Source of the DNA: Dysidea avara
Lineage: Eukaryota
DNA length: 64,000 nt
Assembly: GCF_963678975.1 (NCBI RefSeq)
Contig: NC_089285.1
Coordinates: 12,151,725 to 12,215,724, forward strand
Reading direction: 5' to 3'
In this document: in pieces, positions 35,561 to 46,970 of the stretch
Position numbering within the stretch: the first letter of the stretch is position 1
Layout: every line of letters begins with the position of its first letter
Made by a program: the position numbers and the translations under genes
The notes under the pieces: generated by a model
Databases searched by the model: none
What the model was told of the DNA's origin: nothing
What the model saw: only the letters and a program-made list of their open reading frames with translations

Positions 35561-38500
35561 TTGATGGAGGCCACCAGTTTAGATCTCGATTTCATCTTCA
35601 CTAAAGCCGCTGAAGTAATAAAACAACACTTGGCGAAAAACAGTACACGAGATGCGTCGGTCGTGAAGTTCGTGTCTCCAACAGAATTATTGAACGCACT
35701 GGATTTCGCGTTACCTGATGAAGGCCAGTCGCCTGAACAAATACTGGATTATGTCAAGAAAGTAATGGAATTCTCCATACAAGCAGGTCAGTATTTATCG
35801 TAAGGCAAAAGCCTGGATGCACACCGGGCGATTTCTCCGAGATTATAAATTACAGCCCAGGTCTAAACCACCAAAGTTTAATACCACGAAAATTTTTAAC
35901 CACTTCATGCTACTGCCATAGGCCACACAGACATGTGCACCTCGAGGGGGTGGCACACAGACATTCATTGTAGGTAGATCTGCAAAGTCTAAGTCACAAG
36001 TCAAGGTCACCAAAATTCGTCCCAAAGTCAACAATCATGGGTAAAAATTAAATCTCCAACACAATCAAAAGGTAATGAAAAAAATTATCACTATGTCACC
36101 AGTCAAAGGTTCTTATATTTCAGTGAGTCAAGACTTTGAATGCAGTCACAGATCTACCTACAGTGTGTACCTATGTGACACCCCTTGCACCTTAAGCTAG
36201 AGCTGGGCAGTAGAGTAACTAACCTAAAATCGGATGGGCTTCAAAAATCGGATGCAATTACTCGAGCTACAACAGGAATTTTTGAACAACTCATATGTCT
36301 TTAGATAGTTCAAGGCTGTGGGACTTTGGGCACCGAGTATCAGCTTTCTCGGCTTCTTTGTCTGGTGGCAGCAGTCCTGCAAAGTCATTTCCGACTAATA
36401 CGTATAATCGGAAAAAGCAGTCGATTCACGGACACTCACCGTCTACATATCAGACTTGCATTCAATCAACAGTTTTCTACCTTAAAGTAGTAGAGTAACT
36501 CATCTGCTTTCTAAATATCCCTGGTTTATTAAATTAAATCCTTGTAATCACGAATTACAAATCAAATAAAATGAGACGTCACTGGAGTAATAATTGCACT
36601 ATGAATTTAAATATACGGAAGTAAACAGTGTTTGTAATAGTATATGGTGAACATTTCCCATATACATATCTCATACTTAATCAAGTTTTCGTATACTTAA
36701 ATTTATGGTGCGATTATTACTCCAGTGACGTCTCATTTTATTTGATTTGTAATTCGTGATTAAAATGATTTGATTAAATAAACCAGAGATATTTAGAAAG
36801 CAGATGAGTTACTCTACTACTTTAAGGTAGAAAACTGTTGATTGAATGCAAGTCTGATATGTAGAAGGTGAGTGTCCGTGAATCGACTGCTTTTCCCGAT
36901 TATACGTATTAGTCGGAAATGACTTTGCAGGACTGCTGCCACCAGACAAAGAAGCCGAGAAAGCTGATACTTGGTGCCCAAAGTCCCACAGCCTTGAACT
37001 ATCTAAAGACATATGAGTTGTTCGAAAATTCCTGTTGTAGCTCGAGTAATTGCGTCTGATTTTGGAGCCCGTCAAATATTAAGTGAGTTCCTCTATGAGA
37101 TTTGTCAAAAGCCAGTATTGTATTTTGGAAAATATCACGGTATAAATTATACCACAATATGGATTGTAGTTTTTTGAATTAATGAATAAAATAAGCTTTC
37201 TCTGGAAAGTGTGCTTTAATGCAATTAGAAGGTTCTCTTTCACATTGGTAAAGTCATGACAATTAATTTTATGTTTTATGGATGCAACTGGTCAATGTTT
37301 TGGCAAAATTAGCAAGTGGGGAAGGAGTTCCATCACTTTATTTTGGAAGGACTTTAGCTTTTGCACCTGTCAAAATTAAGATACTCTAATAGAGCAGTCA
37401 TATAAACTCTAACAAAACAGTCAGTTGCAGCTGAATGATATTTACTTTTCGGCTTGCCGGGTTTGACTAACTGTAGATATAAGGGTAATCTGTAACTAGT
37501 CAATCTGGTGATAGAATAACTCCTTACTGTGGGTTTTGGAAAATTACTAGATTCAAAAACATGGAGTAAAACATAGAGTACTTCTAGAGGGCAAACAATC
37601 CATGAAACATGATTAATTTGGTATGGCCTAAAGGCAGGAAATAACGGGATGATGTTATGAACCAGCTATTGTCTAACTCTAGATGGTATGATGGTATTTT
37701 CTAAACTCATCCAGTACAGTAATGGTATCATTAAAATACCTTCTCCTATGATACGTACCAGTATATCACCCAACTCTACCTTAAGCTTAAAAGGTCGTAT
37801 CTAGTCTCATACCCAGGCCATTTTTTTTTTCTTTTGTGTGGGGGAGGGGAATCTTTTCCTCTCCCTCACACAAAAGGAAAAATAAGTGGTCTAGGCATGA
37901 GACTATGCCACATAGAGATTACAGTTGCTATGCATATTGAAATTAGCCATTGGAATTGCGAACCTAATAAAATTTACTGATTTTAGCGGAATTCTGCATA
38001 TCTACTGACATGATAAGTTCAAAAACGTACGAGAAACCCACCAAACATTGGCTTAGGAAACATGGTGTCTGTTTATATATGCCTACAGAAACTAGAACAA
38101 AGCTATTCTAAACTAAGTTACTCATGCAATACTTTCTCGAAGCGGCTTTCCTTAACTTTTGTCTTTAAACTAAATGGCCCACTAGAGGGTAACAACTCTT
38201 CATACGATTCCCTCGAATTACGATTCCCTTTACGATTACGATTACGATTCCCCCGAATTACGATTCCCTCGAATTACGATTCCCGATTCCCTCTTCATAC
38301 GATTCCCTTGTGTATTATTCATATACACAATGTTCCAGACCGTTTTTTTTGTTTAGACTAATTAGTTTAAGGTGAATTCCCATAGTCTTGGTAACGGGTG
38401 AATCCGACAATACATTATGCATTGGGCAAAATGACGAACCGGGTTCAGAAACAGTGCTGGGCCCACGTATCCGCTGCAGCTACAGTCTTGAAAATAAGGT

Positions 38501-41500
38501 GGAGTATTCCTTAGAGGTATGTGCGTAATTAACAGACCGTTTTTTTGTTGTTGGTATCAGTACGTAATGTTGTGGGTGCTTCGAAAATGCACGAAAATCA
38601 CTGTGTTTTACGTACTGTTGGGGGCGTGTCCCTTTCAATATTAATGTATTGATTATTAACCAAATAAATTCAATATGGATCAGATTACAGTGGCTATGAT
38701 CCCATCATCTTTTTTCATTACAGAAGACCATACCTTTTTGTAAAGTTGTTGCTCTGGTCTTGTTACCAAGAAAAATTGGTAGCTAGTAGGTACATTTATA
38801 ACATACTAAAGATTAAAGATTTAGCATCAAAATATATTTGCTAGGATTTGTCACTACTCACTAGTATATTCTTTCTAAGTGGTACAGTATATGCTTATGA
38901 AAGCCTTGAATTTTAGCTTGATGAGATCAAATTAGACCAACTGACTGTTCTATTAGAGTATCGCAATCATTTGAAATGTCACGTGATCTTAATTTTAAAA
39001 TATCTGTGCAAAATTAGTCAGTCAGGTCCAAGCAGCAACTATTCAAGTACTTACTTATTATACAGCAAACTGGCTTCTGCCACTAGCTACATAGTTACAT
39101 GGGATAATATATGATGGTATATATCACTGCAGGTCATCCACGTTATTTTAACCAGTTGTACTCTGGCCTGGATGAGACTGGGATAATAGCACAGATGGTC
39201 AGTGCAGCTACCAACACTAGTGTGTGAGTTATTATGTTACAAGTAATTCTCTGTGCTAGCCCTATAGCACATGACCATGAAAGTATACAGTATGCATCAA
39301 GGCATCCTCAACTACTCTAATAGAGCACACACTTTACATATTTTGAATAGTACTAGTCATTCTCATAATTATATTGGGATTGAGCAAGCCCATATTAAGT
39401 GATTGATAAATGATTGCTGTGGGGTATATCAAACTAATAGATATACACCATCAGTGATGATTAAGTAACTCTACACAATAGTGCCATAAGCATATGTGAC
39501 CATCTCAATAAAGCCCATAGTGTGCACCAAATAAAATACAAGGGGTGATATTTTGCATGCTATTATTGCACTGTTAATTATTGAAGCAAGTCTCTGATCT
39601 ACCTGTATATACCATCTTGTTCACCTTTCATGAAGAGTTGGTATTGTTCCTGTATACTGTTAAGGGAAACCTTGGTGGAGCTAAACTTTGGCGAATAGCC
39701 AGTTAAATAACATTTAGCGAAATAAACTTTGGCAAATTCAAGCTCAATGTTTAGCTATAAAGATGCTAATGTGAGGCACTACAATTAATTGGTGGGTTAA
39801 AACATTGGTGAATTTGTAGCAAATTGCCAAATTGACCAAAGTCTTTCCCTGCAAAGTTTCCTTCTATACCGTATAACCTGGGTATGCATGATATGAGCAT
39901 TCATTTGTAATGCTAAACATTGTTACTTTTTACTTGCAACAAAAAACTATTTAGTTACATATTACCTGGAGCTTATAAGCACCGAAGGCAGCACTTGTGA
40001 GCTCCTGATATTACTCATAAAATATTACATATTACACACTACTTTATAAGCTGTCACGTGCGCTACTGCCACTTTATTACGTGACATAATTGGACAATGC
40101 ATAAATCTTGTATTCAAGAGAGAGTAACAGGTCAGTAAGCTTCACTCATTAATTTGAGGTGGGCTTTGTCATTGCTTCATTGTAGCTAGGCATTACTCAG
40201 ATTAGTAATGAGATTATAGGACAAAAAATGAAACATTTATATGGGTGTAATTCAAATCAACTTCTTTGCTTCCCCTACTGTATAGCATGTTATAGTTCCA
40301 AAATTACTGGGATGAGACTACCTAGATACTAAGTCAATAAAATGAAACACAGGTTTGTTGAGATGGTCACGTATATCATAGCTAAATATTGCTGACTCTC
40401 CATGCAGTAAACTGCCTAGTAGTGCACTACATATCGACTACTGTTGTGAACATTATTGACCAATGCCAATTTTGCAGGTACACATATGAAATAGCTCCTG
40501 TCTATACTACTATAGAGAGAATTGTAATAGAGAAGATGTGCTCTCTGGTAGGATATAGTGAAACTGATGGAATATTCAGTCCTGGTAATTTTAAATGGGA
40601 TGCTTTTGTGATGGGAAAATTTGGCTTACTAATTTCAGTGTACTTTTTTTATAAAGAAATTTTTTGAAAAGTTATCATTAATTTTGAGTAGCATTGGTAG
40701 GGTGATTTGCTAAATTTTTCATCACTAAAGTTAGTACTAATATGTGCTTATGTTGTGTTTGTATGAATGTATTCACTTCTAACTTGTATATGTTCTATGC
40801 TGTCATTACTGTACCATTAGTTGAGGGTTATTTTTGCTTGTAGGAGGATCCATTTCTAATCTTTATGGTTTAATGTGTGCAAGACACCAGTGAGTCATAA
40901 TGGTGATAGTTACCAGTTTGATATATTGTTCGATGTCTGTAGTCGTTTTCCTGAAGTGAAGAAGACGGGGGTCCATTCTCTACCTCAGCTAGTGATATTT
41001 GCTTCTGAACAAGTATGTTATTTAGTGTCATGTCAGAACTTTCTGGTGGTGAAGTGTAGTTTGTTAACCTCATAACAAAGTACCATACCCAGTGTTGGGA
41101 CAGTTACTTTTTAAAAGTAACTAGTTACATATTACATATTACTTGCAACTGAACTATTTAGTTACAGTTACATATTACCCATAAAATAAAGTAACTATAA
41201 TAATATTACATATTATATTTCTTTGTGTCCACAGCCTTAAGCTGTCGCGTGTGAAACTACCACCTTATCACGTAACATGATTGCATTGTTGTGCAAATCT
41301 TGGTTATAAGTAAGAAGCTGGTGAATAAGCTTCATTCAGTAGGCTTCATTACTTTGTTGTGACTAGGCGTTACTCAGTGGATCACTAACGAGATTAGTAA
41401 CTTTGTTACTTGTAGTAATAATATTACGTAATATTAGATTCGTTACAGTAACTATATTACTTAGGTAACTCGTTACATTTGTGAGTAAAGTAACTTGAGT

Positions 41501-43246
41501 TATATTACCATTTTACAGTTAATTTAATTACTCCTGGGTCCTGACCACCTAATACAACCTTACCATATAAATCATGAGTTGAGGTATAGTCAGTGTTGGG
41601 AGTAACGCATTACTTATGTAATGCGTTACGTAATATTATTACTTTTGTGGTAACTAAGTAATATAACAAAATACGCTATGTGTCTTGTGATGGAACAAAA
41701 TACAAAACAAAGCCCACACAATTATAGTGAAAAATCAGACCTGCTGGCATGGGGCTTTGAGACTGGTTTCCCAGTCATGGATGAATACGTACTGTGTACT
41801 TTTTCTCTGGCCAGGCTCATTATTCAGCACAGAAATGTGCAATGATCATGGGAATTGGAATGGATAATGCAGTTACCATCAAATGTGACTCAAGGTATTG
41901 ATATGGTATAGTAACTACGTACTGTCATATGGTTGTTGTTGAAGGGGTAAGATGATTGTTAGCGAGTTGGAGAAAGCTGTGACAAGTGTTAAGAAGGAAG
42001 GGAAGTGTCCTCTAGCTGTGATAGCTACTGCAGGGACCACAGTTATGGGAGCATTTGACCCCCTCACTGAAATTGCTGCTGTGTGTAAAAAGCATAAAAT
42101 GTGGATGCACATTGATGTGAGTATTTTCGTATGACAATTTCTTGTAGCACAGAATCCAAGTTTCTAAATTTTGCCTATCTGATCACTATCTGGTGCTCAT
42201 ATTAGCCAAAGCATTTTGCAAGTACTATTTTTAAAACACTCTAATAGAGCAGTCACTTTGTCATTTGGTTGACTAATAATTAGATGCCTGCATGTAGCCA
42301 GCTATTGATTGTAACAGTACCTATTTTATAGGGTGGATTTTGCATTATATATTAGCATGTTTTGTGTTGTATGTTGTAGGCAGCTCTGGGAGGGTCTGTG
42401 CTTGTATCTGAAAAACACAAGTGTCTTTTAAAAGGAGCAGAATTGTAAGTACATTTACATCAACGACATACTACTCTGCATATCACACACATAAAAGTTC
42501 AGTTTGTTTACGTGCACTTTACTGTATAAATGGTCCTCTTACCACTGTAGATCTGATTCACTGGCTTGGAATCCTCATAAAGCTTTAACAGTACCACTGC
42601 AGTGTTCAGGGTTCATTACTAAACATAAGGGACTACTAGCACAGTGTAACTCTGCACATGCTAACTACTTGTTCCAGCAAGACAAGCGCAGTTATGATGT
42701 GTCTTACGATACTGGTGACAAGTCCATCCAGTGTGGACGACTAAATGATGCCTTCAAAATCTGGCTCATGTGGAAGGCTAAGGTATGCCATGGTAGTTTA
42801 GCTGTTCACTATTATGGTCCATTACAGGGCAAGGTTGGGCTGGCGAGGCAAATAGACAAGGCAATAGGCAACACAAAATATATGGCTGAACAAATCAAGA
42901 AGAGAGATGGATTTGAACTAGTATCTGAACCAGAGTACACTAACTGCTGTTTCTGGTACTATCCACCATCCATGAGGGGGCCTACACCTCCTGACCCTCA
43001 CAAACTCACCAAGGTAGTGACATATACTACTGCTAGTCTTATTAACACACGTACCTGTTGATGTAGGTTGCTCCAATAATCAAGGACCTTATGGTAAAGT
43101 CAGGCAAAATGATGATCACCTATACCCCACTGGGTGACAAGCCTAACTTTTTCCGTATGGTCACTATCTCACCATTATCCACTGAAAGAGATATGGATTT
43201 TGTGCTTGATGAGATTGACCGCCTTGGTCGTGACCTTGCGTTTTAG
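35561..43246 (+). CDS. PLP-dependent glutamate / cysteine-sulfinate decarboxylase-like gene (GAD/CSAD/GADL1 family), 11 exons
   Basis: Plus-strand exons:
- 35561-35794: MMEATSLD...ELLNALDFALPDEGQSPEQILDYVKKVMEFSIQAG
- 39130-39226: HPRYFNQLYSGLDETGIIAQMVSAATNTS
- 40478-40586: YTYEIAPVYTTIERIVIEKMCSLVGYSETDGIFSPG
- 40838-40888: GGSISNLYGLMCARHQ
- 40920-41024: FPEVKKTGVHSLPQLVIFASEQ
- 41795-41890: HYSAQKCAMIMGIGMDNAVTIKCDS
- 41943-42118: GKMIVSELEKAV...ATAGTTVMGAFDPLTEIAAVCKKHKMWMHID
- 42373-42444: AALGGSVLVSEKHKCLLKGAE
- 42551-42782: SDSLAWNPHKALTVPLQCSGF...YDTGDKSIQCGRLNDAFKIWLMWKAK
- 42828-43013
- 43067-43246: VAPIIKDLMVKSGKMMITYTPLGDKPNFFRMVTISPLSTERDMDFVLDEIDRLGRDLAF stop
The match to vertebrate CSAD/GAD is collinear and includes the PLP-lysine region NPHK. 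Confidence 0.85.
36225..37075. repeat. large near-perfect inverted repeat (arms about 380 bp at 36225-36605 and 36690-37075, loop about 85 bp) inside the 4.6-kb first intron of the GAD-like gene
   Basis: The ORF track shows the same 67-88 aa peptide (MSLDSSRLWDFGH(R/Q)VSAFSASLSGGSSPAKSFPTNTYNR(K/E)KQSIHGHSPSTYQTCIQSTVFYLKVVE) on both strands (36295-36498 plus, 36809-37075 minus). Direct reading confirms reverse-complement arms with only a few mismatches. Confidence 0.9.
38195..38300. repeat. minisatellite built from TACGATTCCC(TCGAAT) units
   Basis: cgattccctcgaattacgattccctttacgattacgattacgattcccccgaattacgattccctcgaattacgattcccgattccc read directly. Confidence 0.8.
39651..39885. mobile_element. 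MITE family C, second copy (reverse orientation) in GAD intron 1
   Basis: GGAAACCTTGGTGGAGCTAAACTTTGGCGAATAGCCAG...CCAAAGTCTTTCCCTGCAAAGTTTCCTTCTATACCGTAT is homologous to 27998-28195. Confidence 0.6.
39900..40230. mobile_element. MITE family B, partial or diverged copy in the GAD intron
   Basis: Shares ...TTACTTGCAACAAAAAACTATTTAGTTACATATTACC...ATATTACATATTACACACTACTTTATAAGCTGTCACGTG...TAGGCATTACTCAGATTAGTAATGAGATTA with 22955-23470. Confidence 0.5.
41086..41680. mobile_element. MITE family B, full copy (41086-41610) plus an abutting inverted terminal fragment (41590-41680) in a GAD intron
   Basis: CCCAGTGTTGGGACAGTTACTTTTTAAAAGTAACTAGTTACATATTACATATTACTTGCAACTGAACTATTTAGTTACAGTTACATATTACCC... 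is about 90% identical to 22955-23470. It is followed by CAGTGTTGGGAGTAACGCATTACTTATGTAATGCGTTACG, which is the reverse complement of the family's 3' end. Confidence 0.7.
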
Positions 43247-45299
43247 ACTTGCAGTTTTGTAATTAACATATTTTAGTTATAGTTGGATCTTATGTATTTA
43301 CTATAATTATTTTATAAAGTGCAGCAAATTTTTACTTTTTATTATACAATAGTGTGTTATAACCTTAGGAATAATTATTAAACTTGTTGGAAAAGGTCTC
43401 ATACTAACAAGTGTATACATAATATACAAACCCTCACTGCATGCTGTATATAATAAGCTCTATAGATGCTAAGAAACAGTTTGGTCTTTGTTTCAAGCAC
43501 AAAGTTACAGCTCATTTTGTGTTTACAATCAGGTCAAAATACTCTTGAGTTCACTTGTCTGCATACATGTTTAAGAGCACTGTTTCAATTAATCTAGACA
43601 TGTTTGTCTATACTATAAAATTCTTAAGCAAGCACTTAGTCAAAAAAATATTTTCAATCAACTATATGCTAACTCAGAATTCTGATATATGCAACTATGC
43701 TATATATCATTGTGCATGCAAACACTGGAGCTACAACTCATAATTGAGAGATGTATAGCTAACTTTATTTATTTACATTGTGCAACTTCTAAAATAATAA
43801 TTAGCCATGAGTGTAAGTATGGCACATGCGCACATACTAAACCTAATTCGTGACCTGGTCTATATAGCCTCAAAATCCCTTAGAGATTTTGTTATAGTTT
43901 AATACTGAAAAGGAGATAAACAATTAATATTAAGCCAATTTATATATTATGTATTTTCAGACTATAAGACTGGCTTTTATTTATTTATTTATTTTTACTT
44001 TACAACATACAGAATTACAATGATACATGGTTACAACAGATATAGTTATAATTTGATTAGTTGGAAAAAAAATACATATATATATTACAAAAGTGATTGT
44101 TATTACAATGGTTAGCTACAATTGTTCAAGATTAGGTGGTTTGGGGGACTTACAATGGCTACAGGGACATAAAAATGAATATTATGTACATGCGTTAATC
44201 AGGATTAGTTTCAAAATGATTCCATAGGTAGTTAGTAAGTTTTTTGTTGACCGTTGCTCTAAGATCACAATTGATGATTCCAGATCCGCGGTAATCGATT
44301 GAAGTAAAAGTTGCTAGTTAATACACTAGTGGGGTTTCTATATGTTACTTGTACCTATAGTTGTGTATTTCCTGATGACTAATAAAGCCTTATCAACATT
44401 AAAGGAATTGTTTGGAAATTTTAAACACTTAATCAGAAACATAACGTCTGAGATGTCTAGAAAATACACAAGTGGCAAAATCTTGAAAGTCATGAATTGA
44501 TGTTTATAATCACTAGTGTAGTCATCAAGACTGAATATATTTTGTTGCTCTATACGTTGAAATCACTCCAGTGTTTTAATGTCTTTCAATAAGTTGGGTT
44601 TCCACAGTACAGAACAAAACAGAAACTGCATGACTTCTGACAAGTGATAGCTAAGTAAAGCTGCATCTTGGACTGGAAAGTGATATTTACTGAGAAAGAA
44701 TGTCGTATAGTAGTCCTAACATTTTGTTGGACTTAGTCACCATTGTGTGTAGTTTGTGCATAAACTACAGATTTACAATTATAGCTATATATAAAACCGC
44801 AACACATGCATGCAATATGTAGAGAAAAGGCTGGCAAGATACAGTTGGTTTTACACTAGTAGCTTATGTAATGCCAGGATGGTTTTACATAGCTAACTGC
44901 ACCAATTAAAAAAATAAAGCTGATTTATAATTAGTGGCTAAAAAACTAAAACTGGCATGCATGATACACAAACTGATTTGCATAATTTAATTGTAAACTT
45001 AAACTCTCCAACAGCTAGCCATAGTAAAACTGGGCAGCATGCAATGACTTAGCTGTTGAAGGTATGCTTATATTAATGACATAGAAGAGATTTGTGGTTC
45101 ATATGAAAGGGTAGAAAACAAAAGTCTACCAATCTCTGTAATTGCCAAGTCACAAGAGCTGATAAAGCTAGATAATTGTTTACGTAACTATAAAACAAGT
45201 GTATAAAACAATTTCCAAAATAATTTCATAGAGACTGAAACATTGATATGTGTTCCTTTTGTCAACTGTTTACCTTAAAAATTAAAACGACTGTAGAAA

Positions 45300-45430
45300 A
45301 AATCCCCCCGCATGGGGATTTCAGAGGATTATTCTCCATGAAATTCTGCACCTAATGATACCAAATTTAGCTTGGTACCATTTTTTTCCGTGTATCATCT
45401 TTTAACAACCGGACTACATAAGCCTGTTCC
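45300..45430. repeat. 130-bp dispersed repeat, direct partner at 46613-46750
   Basis: CCCCCCGCATGGGGATTTCAGAGGATTATTCTCCATGAAATTCTGCACCTAATGATACCAAATTTAGCTTGGTACCATTTTTTTCCG...AACAACCGGACTA matches 46613-46750 (TTTCCCCCTGCAGGGGATTTTAGAGGATTT...TTCTCCAAGAAATTCTGCATCTAATGATACCAAATTTGTCTTGGTACCATTTATTCCCG...AACAACCGGACTAGCTC). Confidence 0.7.
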
Positions 45431-46612
45431 CTCCACTGGCATGCATGCACTTTGAAGCTAGCCTCCATCTTCAAGGGTTTCTGCCTCCATGGTAATTCCA
45501 AAAGAAGTTGTTGTAGTCCCAATATTGCATTATCACTTGATAAATCAGCATTTTCTTCATTCACAGCTTCTGATTCCTCACTAGGGTTGACAGTCTCATT
45601 TTCATTAGCTGTGTATGGCAATACTTGTAACATTAGCTTGTTGACTAACGCAGCCTCTATCAAGAAGTGTCCGCGCAATGTCCTAGAAACAGCTTTTCCA
45701 GACATCATATGGGTAATTGCAGTGGGACCATATGCATTTTCAAGTGCTTCTTCTAATCTCCTGACCCTTATAACCCTTATATGCAGAGTAGAACAATCAT
45801 AAAAACTAAAAACCCCGTACTTCTTTTATATTAAAAGAGAAATTATCTCACTTCTTAAAGAATTCTTACAAGTGCTATTAATGCCTATATTAACTTTTGA
45901 ATAAAAGCTTCCCTTTTTCCTGGGTTGGAAAGGATGTCCCCAAACAATTTAAAATGCATCATGTCCTAGTTGCAACACTAAAAGTACCTGCAAGTATCTC
46001 TACATGCCTAAATATTAGAGGTGTGCAATGACTAATTTAGACATATCTTGATATTTCCTTTGAACTTATCTCGACAACTGAAACGATTATTTATTTTAGT
46101 AAACTGCCAATATTGTAACCAGTAAAGTGAGCAAATTGCAATTTAAAGACTATAAAAAAGTGAAAAATGTTAGTAACTTGACACTGTTCCCAAGTGATAG
46201 TAGAGTTGGAGCCCCCAGGAGGTGCCTACACCATGCAGGTATACAAATTATTTACGGAAGTTTACTATTATCAAACCTATCATCCTTATCTCGATAAGTC
46301 TTATGGTATCTCGATAATCAAATATATCTAGATAATCGCACACCTCTACTAAATATAGCTACAAAAATGTAATATGCATTCATGGGCTTCATGATCACTT
46401 GTTTCACAGTAGAAAGGGATGTTTCCTAAACAATCAAACATGCATCATATCCTAATAGCAATACAGGAGGTAAATTATTACTAGGTGTATAGTACTAATT
46501 TAGTTCACATGACTGTTATTAGTTACATTTCCATGAAGGAAACACGTTAATGTTAACTCATTCACTGAAAAGATGCAACTATCACCGTGAAACGTTAAAC
46601 GCCCATAACTTT

Positions 46613-46750
46613 TCCCCCTGCAGGGGATTTTAGAGGATTTTGGGTATGTTATTCTCCAAGAAATTCTGCATCTAATGATACCAAATTTGTCTTGGTACCA
46701 TTTATTCCCGGGTATGGTCATTTTTTTTGCCTAACAACCGGACTAGCTCT
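46613..46750. repeat. 130-bp dispersed repeat, direct partner of 45300-45430
   Basis: See 45300-45430. The two copies bracket about 1.2 kb that contains an unassigned 113-aa minus-strand ORF (45367-45708). Confidence 0.7.
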
Positions 46751-46814
46751 CGGACTAGCTATATGGGAGTAAGGTGATTTGTTGAAAAAGATGATCTGAA
46801 AGGTGCAGACAAGA

Positions 46815-46970
46815 GGATAGTTCACCATTGTCCACCAGCTGAAAGAGATATGGATTTTGTGCTTGACGAGATTGACCATCTTGGTCGTGACATTGCAGCA
46901 TTGTGCTGTAGATAGACTTGTAGTTTTGTAATGAGAAGTTATGCATGTAGTTGGATATTGTGTAAAAGTG
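46815..46970 (+). pseudogene. duplicated fragment of the GAD-like terminal exon and the start of its 3' UTR, 3.6 kb downstream of the parent gene
   Basis: CACCATTGTCCACCAGCTGAAAGAGATATGGATTTTGTGCTTGACGAGATTGACCATCTTGGTCGTGACATTGCAGCATTG...TAGACTTGTAGTTTTGTAAT aligns with 43160-43300 (CACCATTATCCACTGAAAGAGATATGGATTTTGTGCTTGATGAGATTGACCGCCTTGGTCGTGACCTTGCGTTTTAGACTTGCAGTTTTGTAAT). A 4-nt insertion shifts the frame relative to the parent exon. Confidence 0.7.

Noticed and set aside
36295-37075. Two ORFs encoding the same 67-88 aa peptide on opposite strands
   Set aside because: They are a consequence of the near-perfect inverted repeat, not evidence for a duplicated gene. The peptide has no recognisable family features and sits within an intron.
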